Shown: piece after piece, positions 1 through 14,423 of the stretch | Numbering within the stretch: position 1 is the first letter of the stretch | Layout: each line of letters begins with the position of its first letter | NCBI GenBank assembly: GCA_964016885.1 | Contig: CAXHJY010000499.1 | Span: 1 to 32,587, forward strand | DNA length: 32,587 nt | DNA from: Eledone cirrhosa | Taxonomy: Eukaryota | Direction of reading: 5' to 3' | Made by a program: the position numbers and the translations under genes | The notes under the pieces: model-generated | The model's input: only the letters and a program-made list of their open reading frames with translations | The model's database searches: none | Told to the model about the DNA's origin: nothing

Positions 1-1091
<1,091 letters not shown>

Positions 1092-1608
1092 ATGTGTAAT
1101 AGGAATTACCCTAATCTCTAGGAATGTTATTAGTCTCAGCAGTTCATAATAATCTCTCTATTATTTCCCATTTTGAAGGTGAAAAGCAATAATCACCTCT
1201 AGCACCTGTCCAGGGGACTATCAATTCTATTTCCTTCCCCCACATCCATCTTATCATATTTCTGGTGGTCTGCATCATTACCTGTTTCACACCTACTTTG
1301 TCATGTCAGCATGGGTTAGATGAGAAATGTTGAGGCAGTAAAAAACAACCCCTTGGTGTTGTAGTTCATGATTTGATTTGGTTTGGTTTGAAGTGGTGGT
1401 GGTGGTGGTGGTGGTGGTGGTGGTCACATGCTGAGCTGCAAAACATAGTGTATATGAGGAACATAAACAAGTGTCACCAACTGTCCAAGCACTGTCAATA
1501 TATATCTCTATATATCTATGTATATATGTATGTGTATATATATATCTATGTATATATATATACATATATATACGTACATACATATATACATAGATGTATA
1601 TATATATA

Positions 1609-1740
1609 ACGGAGGAGTTGTGGTAAAGAACCAGATGGACCATAACGCACCAAGTACTCAATACTTAGGGTAGAGTGGGTATAGGAGAAAGTATGTCCCC
1701 AACGGCTTGAGCTCTGCCGTCGGGGTCATACTTTCTCATA
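1609..1740 (+). mobile_element. miniature PLE-type insertion, family C: antisense tail + 20-bp inverted end + 3' half of a hammerhead
   Basis: Flanked by (TA)n. It is the reverse-complement homologue of 10917-11049. Inverted arms gagaaagtatgtcccc/ggggtcatactttctc. The sense part aAC-GGC-ttgagctct-GCC-GTC reads as hammerhead stem III plus a GUC cleavage triplet. Confidence 0.65.
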
Positions 1741-1926
1741 TATATATATATATGTGTGTGTATATGTGTATATATATATATGTGTACACATGAGTGTTCA
1801 GTTAGAATTATTCACATTACCCATTCAAATCCTGCCCAAACATTACTAAAATATGTCAGTCAAATAAATATAGACAATTCCTCCTTATCTGGGATTTGTG
1901 GTCTGTTTGAACCAGATTTAGGAAGC

Positions 1927-2203
1927 ACCATCATCACCATCATCACCATCACCTCCATAAACTCCACCTCCATTACCACCATCACCACCATCACCTCCAT
2001 CACCACCAGCACCTCCATCACCACCAGCACCTCCATCACCACCATCACCTCCATCACCACCATCACCTCCATCATCACCATCACCTCCATCACCTCCATC
2101 ATCACCACCATCACCTCCATCACCACCACCATCACCACCATCACCTCCATCACCACCACCATCACCGCCATCACCGTCACCACCATCACCACCATCACCA
2201 ACA
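1927..2203. repeat. (CAC/CAT/CTC)n trinucleotide repeat
   Basis: Seen directly; it generates the spurious T/I/S and G/D ORFs. Confidence 0.95.
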
Positions 2204-2299
2204 CATGGTGGTGGTGGTGGTGTCACATGACTTAAATGGACCAATGAGAATGTTGTTGAAGTAATCTGCAGAACAATCCAACCATTATTACCACTTTCA

Positions 2300-2794
<495 letters not shown>

Positions 2795-2919
2795 TAGAAC
2801 AGAAATGCTTTGTTTCTTTAAAGTTGACACTGGAAAACAAATATGAGACCCTCTTTTGTTAAGTTGAACTATATACATGTGTATATATATACACACACAC
2901 ACATACACATATATACATA

Positions 2920-2969
<50 letters not shown>

Positions 2970-3133
2970 CAAAGCAGTATCCACTCGCACTTTCCTCACC
3001 CCATCCTTTGTAGTCTGCTGTGTACAGAGAAAATATTTCAATGGATCTTGTTTGCAATATAAGCTGGAAATTTTGGAGTATGTTTAGTTTACCAACTGGT
3101 TTATTGGTTAATCTCTTTGTTAGTCCATTCGGT

Positions 3134-3436
3134 TAACTTTCTTTATCATATTTCTATTGAAAGACATTGTCTATAAGGCATGAATTTGGAGAAATTTCAT
3201 AATATAACTTTCTTATTACCTCTACCTTTATCATATTTCTGTTAAAAGAAACTGTTTATGGTTTTTAAAAGACACTGTCTCTGGTTGTCAAATTATTTTG
3301 ATAGTCAAGAATTTGGAAAACTTTATTAATATAACTTTCTCGTTATTAACCCTTCCATTACCATATTTTTATTAAAAGACATTGTCTATGATTTTAAAAT
3401 CATTTTGACAATAGTTATGTTTCTAAATCTCTCCAA
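3134..3436. mobile_element. three degenerate tandem fragments of a probable DNA-transposon/MITE terminus
   Basis: The motif 'tcatatttctattgaaagacattgtct...gaatttggagaaa...aatataactttc' recurs about three times. One copy begins ttaaccctt; related sequence ending agggtt(aa) occurs at ~14830-14930 and ~19992-20064. Confidence 0.45.
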
Positions 3437-3439
3437 ATA

Positions 3440-3669
3440 ATGGTTTCTTATATAGGCATAAGACCAGTGATTTTTGGGAGAGGGGAAAGTCGATTAAATC
3501 GACTCCAGTACATTACTGGTACTTTATTTTATTGACCCCCCCCCCCCATAAGGATGAAAGGCAAAGTTAACCTCAGCGGGATTTGAACTCGGATCACAAA
3601 GGGCCGTAACTCTATACCGCAAAGCATGGCGTCCGACCCTCTACTACTGATTCTGCCAATCCACTGCCC
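3440..3669 (-). mobile_element. tRNA-derived SINE with Deu/Nin-like central domain
   Basis: Reverse strand shows head gggcagtggattggcagaatc, B box gagttcaaatccc and core ttaactttgcctttcatcct...taaaataaagtaccagt; homologous to 24908-25100. Confidence 0.85.
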
Positions 3670-4006
3670 TTAATATGAACCATAATTTATGAGGAAGGCT
3701 AAGACAAGTGAAGGGAAATAATGATTATGATGATATTCGTAACTCTGCCGGGGCTGCAGGGTGAGAAATAAAAGTAAATATATTTCAAATTGAAAATTCG
3801 ACTCTGCTGAATATATCTTATTAATAGGGGTAGCATTAAGGGTGGGTGTGTGTGTGTGTGTGTGTATGCGCGTTAGGAAGATACTTGAGAATCAAAGACC
3901 CTTATCTTTCCCTTGATATCCATGGTAGGGCTCTCTTGTTAGCAGCAGAACACCCCCACTCCTGCATAATTGTGTGCATACATACAAACATACATACCTA
4001 GATATT

Positions 4007-4054
4007 CTCTCTCACACACACAGACACACAGACACACAGACACACAGACACACA

Positions 4055-4127
<73 letters not shown>

Positions 4128-4189
4128 ACAGACACACAGACACACACACACACACACACACAGACACACATACACACACATACACACAC

Positions 4190-4231
<42 letters not shown>
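4007..4231. repeat. (CA)n/(CAGACACA)n microsatellite
   Basis: Seen directly. Confidence 0.95.
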
Positions 4232-4355
4232 CATGTATGCCGGAGGGTGTGTCTAAATTTTCTGCCCAGGGAAGCAATTCTCAAGAAGATATAATTAGCC
4301 CACTCTTTATCTTCTCAGTAACAGCCATGTTTAAATATTGTGGTCAATATATTTG

Positions 4356-4840
4356 GTCTCTCTCTTCCAGTCTCTCTCTCTCTCTTCCAGTCTCTCTCTC
4401 TCTCTTCTAGTCTCTCTCTCTTCCAGTCTCTCTCTCTCTCTCTTCCAGTCTCTCTCTCTCTCTCTTCTAGTCTCTCTCTCTCTTCTAGTCTCTCTCTCTT
4501 CCAGTCTCTCTCTCTCTCTTCTAGTCTCTCTCTCTCTCTCTTCCAGTCTCTCTCTCTCTCTCTTCCAGTCTCTCTCTCTCTCTCTCTTCCAGTCTCTCTC
4601 TCTCTCTCTCTCTTCCAGTCTCTCTCTCTCTCTCTCTTCCAGTCTCTCTCTCTCTCTCTCTTCCAGTCTCTCTCTCTCTCTTCTAGTCTCTCTCTCTCTC
4701 TCTTCCAGTCTCTCTCTCTCTCTCTTCCAGTCTCTCTCTCTCTCTCTCTCTTCCAGTCTCTCTCTCTCTCTCTCTTCCAGTCTCTCTCTCTCTCTCTCTT
4801 CCAGTCTCTCTCTCTCTCTCTCTTCCAGTCTCTCTCTCTT
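4356..4840. repeat. (CT)n-TTCCAG/TTCTAG tandem repeat, ~16-26-bp units
   Basis: More than 20 units of (tc)n followed by ttccag or ttctag. Confidence 0.95.
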
Positions 4841-4906
4841 TCTTAATCTAAATAAGACCAGCGTGTTTATATTTTGTGGTCAATAATTTGATTTCTTCAT
4901 CAAAAT

Positions 4907-5550
4907 AACACCACCACCACTATCACCACCATCACCATCAACACTACTACCGCCACCACCACCACCACTACTATCACCACCACTATCACCACCACTATCA
5001 CCACCACCACCACTATCACCACCACCACCACCACCACCACCACTATCACTATCACCACCACCACCACCACCACCACTATCACTACCACCACTACCACCAC
5101 CACCACCACCACCACTCACTATCACCACCACCACCACTATCACTATCACCACCACCACTACCACCACTATCACCACCACCACCACCACTATCACCACCAC
5201 CACCACCACCACCACTATCACCACCACCACCACCACTATCACCACCACCACCACCACTACCACCACTATCACTACCACTACCACCACCACCACCACCACC
5301 ACCACCACTATCACCACCACCACCACCACCACCACTATCACCACCACCACCACTATCACCACCACTATCACCACCACTATCACCACCACCACCACCACCA
5401 CTATCACCACCACCACCACTATCACCACCACTATCACCACCACTATCACCACCACCACCACCACCACTATCACCACCACCACCACTATCACCACCACTAT
5501 CACCACCACTATCACCACCACCACCACCACCACTATCACCACCACCACTA
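4907..5550. repeat. (CAC)n/(TAT/TAC) trinucleotide repeat
   Basis: Seen directly. Confidence 0.95.
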
Positions 5551-5639
5551 CCCAATAGATTGCTAATATAAATATTTTCTTCCTCTACATTCATGACCCT
5601 AAAATGATTATTTATTTTACGGGTGATAGGGGGTATGGT

Positions 5640-6652
5640 ATTGGTGGTGGTGTGGTGTAGGTAGTAGTGTGGCGTAGGTAGTAGTTTGGTGTGGTGTAGG
5701 TAGTGGTGTGGTGTAGGTAGTAGTATAGTGTGGTGTGGTGTAGGTAGTAGTATAGTGTGGTGTAGTGTGGTGTGGTGTAGTGTAGGTGGTGGTGGTGTGG
5801 TGTGTAGGTGGTAGTGTGGTGTAGTGACTATTCTACTTCTCTCTTGTGTAACTTAAATGTAGGTTAGTTACCCACTCGGACCCCCTCCCTTCATTTCTTC
5901 ACCCTCTCTCTATATATTATATTTACACCATACATACATATACATACATACACATACATACATACATATATGTATGTATGTATGTGTATGTATGTATGTA
6001 TGTATGTATGTATGTATGTATATGTATGTATATGTATGTATGTGTATGTATGTATGTGTATGTATGTATATGTATATGTGTGTACATACACATATACATA
6101 CATGTGTATATATATAAATAGGAGTTACCCAAAATATGACCTTTATCATAACCGTTTCCTTTCATCTGCAAAATTCTGATATATTTTCCTTCACCCCTGA
6201 ATCCCTAGCCCACCCCTCTAACCCTACCCTTGCCCACCCCCTCTAACCCTACCCTACCCTGCCCCCTTCCTTCCTTCCTTGTATTTCTGAAATTTAAAAG
6301 GTTTGTTTTCTCCTCCTCTCCCTAAATAAAACTGTTCCTTCTGAAAAACTAAAGGGATTCAGTTTGACATGTTGTAGGACGCACATACACACATACACAC
6401 ACATACACACATATGCACATACACACACATACACACACATGCACACATACACACATATGCACATACACACACATACGCACACACGCACACATACACACAC
6501 ACACGCACATATGCACATACACACACACACATACACACACATGCACACACATGCACACATACACACACACATATGCACATACACACACATATGCACATAC
6601 ACACACATACACACACATACACACATCCACACATATACACACACATACACAC
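5640..6652. repeat. cluster of simple repeats: (GTGTG/GTAG), (CATA)/(TATG), (CA)-rich
   Basis: Tracts at ~5640-5825, ~5929-6115 and ~6382-6652, separated by short unique DNA. Confidence 0.9.
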
Positions 6653-6744
6653 AGTAGCCCCCCCCCCCCTTCAGTACTGACTTGGTCTTTTGGGACCTGT
6701 CCAACCCATGCTTGCAGAGAAAGTGGACATTAGAATGATGATTA

Positions 6745-7803
<1,059 letters not shown>

Positions 7804-7839
7804 TACGATATTAAATAAATGGAAACTATATTTATAAAA

Positions 7840-7918
7840 CCATATTTATTTCATTATATATATTTCAGGGATATCATATTAACAATGTTATGCCTTCCTC
7901 AGACAAAATACAATATAG
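7840..7918 (-). ncRNA. type I hammerhead ribozyme (family A pLTR)
   Basis: Minus strand: tattttgt-CTGAGGA-agg...cct-GAAA-tatata-TA/atgaaata. 8-bp stem I (2 G.U) that extends further; minimal palindromic stem III. Confidence 0.8.
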
Positions 7919-8755
7919 ACAGTTTTATAGATAAATAGATTTCACATACCGTTCAACATCGACTTGTATTTGAAAAAGTTGATTTGGCAGTGAAAAATTG
8001 TAAACAGAAAGAAAGAAAGAAAGAAGGAAAGAAAGAAAGAAAACGAAGAAAAAGAAGAAATGCATGCAACAAAATACATGCAACAAAATAGAGAGATGGA
8101 AAGATAGATAAAGAGAAGAACTTCATGTAAAGAAACAGAGAGAGATATATATATAGAGAGAGGATAGAGATAGATATATATAGAGAAAAGTAGGTAGTTG
8201 AACATCCGTTGAGTGAACGTATCAATGATACATTTATTTATTTATTTATTTATTTAGCTCTAGTATTAATGTAAGGGAGATATATGTGGTTAGGAAAGAA
8301 ACCAGCCGTTATATAGAGAGAAAAATGAAAAGTAACCAGACATACGCGAGGCAGAATTTAAAAACCCTATGTTTTAATGTAGAAATATTAGTTCGTATAA
8401 GAACCAGGCACTATAATGTAAATATCAGTATTCCTGAATGAGACACGTATCCATAATGTGTGAAAAGTAATGATCTTATGTCTAGTTTTAAAAATTCATA
8501 TGTTTATATGATAACTACAAACATCGATGTGAATTTACGTGATCAGCTCTGCAAACCCCTATTTCACACGGAGAACATTCTCATTGTGCTATAAAAATTT
8601 AAGTATACATATATGTGTATATATACACATATATATAGAGTCTATATTAATTTTAACTTTAACAATACTATTCTTGTCTTTACTCTACATGATTATCTAT
8701 CAATAGAGAACAGATTTCAATATATTAATAAAAAATATCAGAAACAAAAACAAAA

Positions 8756-8788
<33 letters not shown>

Positions 8789-9244
8789 CAAATAAATAAA
8801 AAAGAAAACTAAAAAATATTACATATTAAAAATAAAAATATTAAAAATATTAAAAAATATTAAAATAATAAAAATAAAAACATAATAGAAACATAATATG
8901 CCACGCAAATCGACCACAAAGATCAACCCTTCAAAATTAATTGACAATATATTGCCAAGTTCATTATAAGCATCAGAGTCGAAAACAGATAAAGCTAAAA
9001 ATTATTTACCAAATCGCGTCTAGCAGAAATCATTTCAAAAAGTTTAGGATGCCCATTTGGTCTACATATGTTCTTATATTTAATATAGAAGTTTATCTAG
9101 TGTAACGTTTATTCGAAATATTTGGAGCATCAACTTTTAGGGTAGTTTAAATTTTCATGAAGAATGTTTAAATAAAAATAAAAAGAAGAAATCGAAAGAT
9201 TTATCGGCTAGTTTCCCAAATAATTATAAATCAAACTAAATATA

Positions 9245-10476
9245 CTACATTTTAAATTTAAATTTATATTTAAAAGTTGAGTTCAATCTATGTTTGCAGC
9301 AACTGAATAAATTTGTCCGTAGATTAAGGGAATTTTTAGATTTTAGTATAAAGAATATCTCCTCCGCGCAGAGGTCACATGTCTCAGAGGATGAATTAAA
9401 AGGAATCCCTCTTGAAACTATATTCCAAGCCGTCGAATATCTAACGTTATCTTGCCTAAGTTGCCAGAGTACGCCTGATAGTGCTGTTCAAGATTTTTTG
9501 CTTGGATCTGTGAAAGAATTCTTGTGGTTATTATAGCGAAGTTTAAATTCCGTCGATGTGGAACCGACGTAGTTAAAAGAATTAGAGTCCGTTTTAACAT
9601 TACAGTTGTATATTATATTTTTAACTAAGCAGTTGTTATTTAACGGACATTTAGATCTATCTCTACAGTTACATTTGTTAACTTGTATATTATTTATGCT
9701 ATTATCGCTAGGTTTTAAGTTCCTATTATTTATTCTATTAATATTTTGTGCTAAATTTTTGGTGGATGAGTAGGTTAATTTTATAGTATGTCTATTGAAA
9801 ATTGAGTGATACCTATGTGTTCTAGGGAAGCGATTATCAAGAGCTTTAAAAAATAGTTTAGCGATGTGGGTTTTAATGTTTAGTGAGAAAGGGGGGGCAA
9901 ACCATATTATGTTCCTAGTTCTATTTCTTTTTTGGCTTTTGGAATTATTGTAATGCTTTCTATTATAGTTGCTAAGGTTGTGGCCGTAATTAAAATAGTT
10001 GTTATTTTGTTTAGTTTGTCTATCATTATCTATGTACATAATCTTATCACTATATCCTGCTCTAGCTAACGCTTCATTGTAGTACTGGGCTTTTTCGTCG
10101 AAAATCTTTCTATTAGACGAGATTCTAGAGATACGTTTTTGAACAGAGTTTACTATAGTGTTTTTGACAGATCTGGGGTGGTTAGAGTTAAAGCTGACAT
10201 AGTTTAAGTTTTCATTCAACTTGTGAAAAGGATAGTGAAGACATGTGTTGAGATTTAATGTTATATCTAGGAAATTGACTATTCTATGGTTGTTCTCAAT
10301 TTCTATTTTTAGATTAAAGTAATTAAAAAATTGTGTAATTTGTTTTCTTTTTCTATTTAGTTCAGAGTTATTATTATCAATAAGTAAAAGCATGTCATCT
10401 CTATATAAACCTCCGGTAGTACCAGGTATTTTCCTATGTAGCGAATTGATTAAAAATAAGCCCACAAGGTCAGTTA
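9245..10476 (-). pseudogene. PLE RT (C-terminal part) + GIY-YIG endonuclease ORF, 5'-truncated, one in-frame TGA at 9490-9488
   Basis: ORF 9488..10495 has YRDD, IIY...YVG and FKLRYNNHKNSF. Hand translation past the TGA gives TALSGVLWQLRQDNVRYSTAWNIVSRGIPFNSSSETCDLCAEEIFFILKSKNSLNLRTNLFSCCKHRLNSTFKYKFKFKM then TAG at 9247-9245, matching the T.LS..W.L / CxLC..E / LN.R / C.H endonuclease C-terminus. The first ~7 predicted residues come from the inverted tail. Confidence 0.88.
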
Positions 10477-10623
10477 TATCGTAAATATACTCCAAATACT
10501 TGTTGAGTGCTTTTATATCAGTTATAAATATTTACTAGTTGTAACCCAACAATTTAAATATAACTTTCCATATATATATATATATATATATATATAGTAT
10601 GATTATATATATATATATATATA

Positions 10624-10747
10624 TATAAAGAAAAAGAGATGAAATCGAAAATACATTTTCGATTTCATCTCTTTTTCTTTATACTTTCACTCGTGTAGGA
10701 CACCTCAGTTATTTTTCATTTTGTAAAAAAAAACCTCGCTTTCTAAG
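10624..10747 (-). mobile_element. miniature PLE-type insertion, family D: 29-bp perfect fold-back + ~64-bp tail
   Basis: tataaagaaaaagagatgaaatcgaaaat-ac-attttcgatttcatctctttttctttata, then a tail with the shared bulged hairpin (10689-10709); flanked by (TA)n. Confidence 0.55.
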
Positions 10748-10850
10748 ATATATATATCATCATCATTTTACGTCCGCTTTTCCCTTCTTGCAAGTGTGGG
10801 ACCTTGCAAGTAGGGAAATGTGTATATATATATATATATATATACTGGAC

Positions 10851-10884
<34 letters not shown>

Positions 10885-10916
10885 CTGGTGTGTGTGTGTA
10901 TATATATATATATATA

Positions 10917-11049
10917 GGAACAAGTAAGACCCCGACGGCTGAGCTCAAGCCGTTTCGACGGCTAATTCTGGAGTCCACTCTACTACTCTAAGTATTGAGT
11001 ACTTTTGTGCGTTATGGTCCACCTGGTTCCTTACCATATTTCCTTCGTT
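10917..11049 (-). mobile_element. miniature PLE-type insertion, family C, with 5'-truncated hammerhead
   Basis: Minus strand: tail, then GAC-tccagaattagcc-GTC-GAAAC-GGCT-tgagctc-AGCC-GTC/ggggtc (stem II, GAAA, stem III, GUC site; CUGANGA missing). Homologous to 1609-1740. Confidence 0.7.
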
Positions 11050-11140
11050 ATATATATATATATATATATACTGGTGTGTGTGTATATATATATATATATA
11101 CTGGACTGTGTGTGTATATATATATATATATATATACTGG

Positions 11141-11201
<61 letters not shown>

Positions 11202-11286
11202 TACGTTAATCCGGGTTAAATCAGAGGTCACCACAGTAAGTAAGGTGCTCAATACATTGCAGAGTATAAAAGTTTTAATATAGATG

Positions 11287-11337
11287 AGATTCTACAGGAC
11301 TAGAACTGTTTTATTCTTTAGAAATCATCAGGAATCT
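11287..11337 (-). ncRNA. inverted hammerhead copy with G12->A core substitution (probably inactive)
   Basis: Same motif on the minus strand, but GAAA reads AAAA (position 11312). Confidence 0.6.
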
Positions 11338-11416
11338 GGGTATCAAAAAAATAAGTATGGTATTTATAGGTCATATTTATAGAGCTATAAATACCATACT
11401 TATTTTTTGATACCCA

Positions 11417-11465
11417 GATTCCTGATGATTTCTAAAGAATGAAACAGTTCTAGTCCTGTAGAATC
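11417..11465 (+). ncRNA. type I hammerhead ribozyme (family B)
   Basis: gattc-CTGATGA-t-ttc-taaa-gaa-t-GAAA-cag-ttctagtc-ctg-TA/gaatc. All three stems pair; GUA site with cleavage predicted after 11460; non-canonical U.U at 10.1/11.1. Confidence 0.75.
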
Positions 11466-11496
11466 CCATCTATATTAAAACTATATATATATACTG

Positions 11497-11562
<66 letters not shown>

Positions 11563-11719
11563 GGAGGGTCATATTTGTGTAATATTGCCAGAATTAATAA
11601 CAGATATATATATGGACTGGACTGGACTGGTGTTGGAGATCTAGATGATGATGATGATGATGTGGTGGTGGTGGTGTTGTGGTGTTGCTGGTGGAGGTGT
11701 GGTGTTTGCACCATTACCA

Positions 11720-13212
11720 TCTCCACTGACACTACACCACCACCACTGACACTACACCACCACCACCACACCATCATCTAGATCTCCACCAACACCATCA
11801 TTATTGTCATTGAAAACCCTACCACCACCATCATCACCACCATCACCATCATCACCATCACCATCATCATCACCACCATCATCACCATCACCATCATCAC
11901 CATCACCATCATCACCATCACCATCATCACCATCACCATCACCACCATCATCACCATCATCACCATCATCACCATCACCATCACCACCATCATCACCATC
12001 ACCATCACCACCACCACCACCACCATCACCATCACCATCATCACCATCACCATCACTCATCCACCACCACTCACCACTCATCATCACCACCACATCACCA
12101 TCACCATCACTCACCAACACCCACCACACCACACCACAATACACTACACTACACTACACTACACCACACTACACTACACTGCACTACACTACACTACACT
12201 ACACTACACTACACTACACTACACTACACTACACCACGCTACACTACACCGCACTACTCTACAATATACACACCACACAACACTACACCACACTACACTA
12301 CTCTATACGAGACTACACTACACTACACTACACCACACCACACCACACCACACCACACCACACCACACCACACCACACCACACCACACCACACCACACCA
12401 CACCACACCACACCACACCACACCACACCACACCACACTACACTACACTACACATCACCACCACCATCACCATCATCACCAACACCATCACCATCATCAC
12501 CACCACCATCATCACCATCACCATCATCACCACCACCATCACCATCATCACCACCACCAACACCATCACCATCATCACCACCACCATCATCACCATCACC
12601 ATCATCACCACCACCATCACCATCATCACCACCACCAACACCATCACCATCATCACCACCACCATCATCACCATCACCATCATCACCACCACCATCACCA
12701 TCATCACCATCACCATCATCACCATCACCACCATCACCATCACCACCAACACCATCACCATCATCACCACCATCACCAACACCACCACCATCACCACCAC
12801 CATCATCATCACCACCACCAACACCACCACCATCACCATCATCACCACCACCATCATCACCATCACCATCATCACCATCACCATCATCACCATCACCACC
12901 ATCACCATCACCATCATCACCACCACCACCATCACCATCACCATCATCACCACCACCACCATCACCAACACCATCACCACCACCATCACCATCATCACCA
13001 CCACCATCATCACCATCACCATCATCACCATCACCAGCATCACCACCACCACCATCACCATCACCACCATCACCACCACCACCATCACCACCACCACCAT
13101 CACCAACACCATCACCACCACCACCATCACCATCATCACCAACACCAACACCATCACCATCATCACCACCACCACCATCACCAACACCATCACCACCACC
13201 ACCACCACCATC
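11720..13212. repeat. compound (CAC/CAT)n and (CACTA)/(CACAC)n microsatellite
   Basis: Seen directly; source of the 587-aa Pro/Ser ORF. Confidence 0.95.
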
Positions 13213-13693
13213 TGATACCTTATCATTATTGCTTTTAGTCCCCCTCCCTCCCCAGTTAAATCTCCAGTTCCTATCATTTTATGTCCCCTATTTAGATAAA
13301 AGAAAAACCCTTTCATTTCCTATCACTTTGGGATCCCCCCTCTTTCTCTCTTTCTCTCTCCTGTATACATTAGCACTAATCCTACACCATCTTCCACCCC
13401 CACACACACGGCCCTACACACACATACACACCTCTACACACACTCACACACACACACACACTCTTAATCCTCCTTCCAGAGTTTTCTTCCTCCCATCTAA
13501 AATGACCAGAGATATTTGTCACATCCCTACCCTCCACCCCACCCCTACACCTGGCCCCTTTATCTGAAAACAGTAACCCTACTAATGTGGTGGTCTGGTG
13601 AGGGTGGCTGCCATAGATGTGTTGGGGTGTATATGTAATATATGTAATATATACATATATAATGTGTATGTGTATGTTTTGTATTATACATAC

Positions 13694-13728
<35 letters not shown>

Positions 13729-13784
13729 TTGTTCCAAAGAGGTTGTTTTGGTAAAAAGAGGAGCAAACAGGAGAAAGCACTTAC

Positions 13785-13940
13785 TCCAGTACATTACTGG
13801 TACTTTATTTTATCGACCCCGTAAGGATGAAAAGCAAAGTTAACCTCGACGGGATTTGAACTCAGAATGGCAAGGGCCGAAACTCTATGCTGGAAAGCAT
13901 GGTGTCCGACCCTCTACCAATACTGCCAATCCACCGCCCC
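13785..13940 (-). mobile_element. tRNA-derived SINE (Deu/Nin-like core)
   Basis: Homologous to 24908-25100 on the reverse strand. Confidence 0.85.
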
Positions 13941-14230
13941 ATAACAGAAAGAAAGATGTTGATTTTATATAAATCATTTATTTCAACGTTTCTCCTATGC
14001 ATTTGTTGTTGTTATGAGAACAGTGTCCTCATGAAATTCGATTTTGTGATATGCCACCGACAGGAAAACACACGTCTTTTTGTTCGTGCTTCCAGCAAAA
14101 TTGAATTTCATCTGAGGACACCGTTCTCATAACAACAAATGCATGAATAACGTCTTGATTGCATAGGAGAACCGTTGAAATATAAGGAATAAACGATTTA
14201 TATAACATCAGCATCTTTATTAATGTTATT
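13941..14230. repeat. imperfect ~100-bp-arm inverted repeat (MITE or old PLE fold-back)
   Basis: Left ...atttcaacgtttctcctatgc...gttatgagaacagtgtcctcatgaaattcgattttg pairs with right caaaattgaatttcatctgaggacaccgttctcataac...gcataggagaaccgttgaaat... Confidence 0.8.
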
Positions 14231-14250
14231 ATATATATATATGTATATAT

Positions 14251-14421
14251 ATTTCTACTTTTTGGCACAAGGCCAGCAAATTACCCAGTACTTTATTTTA
14301 TCGACCCCGTAAGGATGAAAGGCAAAGTTAACCTTGGCGGGTTTTAAACTCAGATCGTAAAGGGACGTAACTATGCTGGAAAGCATGTCCGACCCTCAAC
14401 CGATACTGCCAATTCACCGCC
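14251..14421 (-). mobile_element. tRNA-derived SINE (Deu/Nin-like core)
   Basis: Near-full copy on the reverse strand. Confidence 0.88.
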
Positions 14422-14423
14422 AT

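Larger units (their letters stand above)
7804..10569 (-). mobile_element. 5'-truncated Penelope-like retroelement, Naiad-type (family A)
   Basis: RT remnant (LVGLF...GLYRDD...VNFLDITLNL), CNCx5CPLx3C linker and C-terminal GIY-YIG; ~1.3-kb 3' UTR; terminal hammerhead; inverted tail at 10476-10569; inserted in (TA)n. Confidence 0.9.
11199..11482 (+). mobile_element. miniature PLE-type insertion, family B: 72-bp tail + ~99-bp-arm fold-back carrying two hammerhead copies
   Basis: Arms 11271-11369 and 11385-11482 are near-perfect reverse complements; the flanking 'tatatactggtgtgtg' microsatellite continues on both sides. Confidence 0.8.

Noticed and set aside
6200-6262. Telomere-like (CCCTAA) repeats
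   Set aside because: Only two ctaaccct motifs in a C-rich patch; not a tandem array.
8433-8466. Plus-strand ctgaatga...gtgtgaaa hammerhead-like string
   Set aside because: Core spacing is wrong and stems I and III do not form.
9128-9160. Minus-strand AUGA...AAA...UGAU SECIS-like motif
   Set aside because: Only ~6 bp of helix between core and AA; canonical SECIS needs ~11-12.
9294-9536. 80-aa plus-strand ORF
   Set aside because: Antisense shadow of the GIY-YIG coding region.
11804-13567. 587-aa extensin/mucin-like Pro-Ser ORF
   Set aside because: Pure (CAC/CAT)n repeat with no codon diversity, no splice support and no domain.
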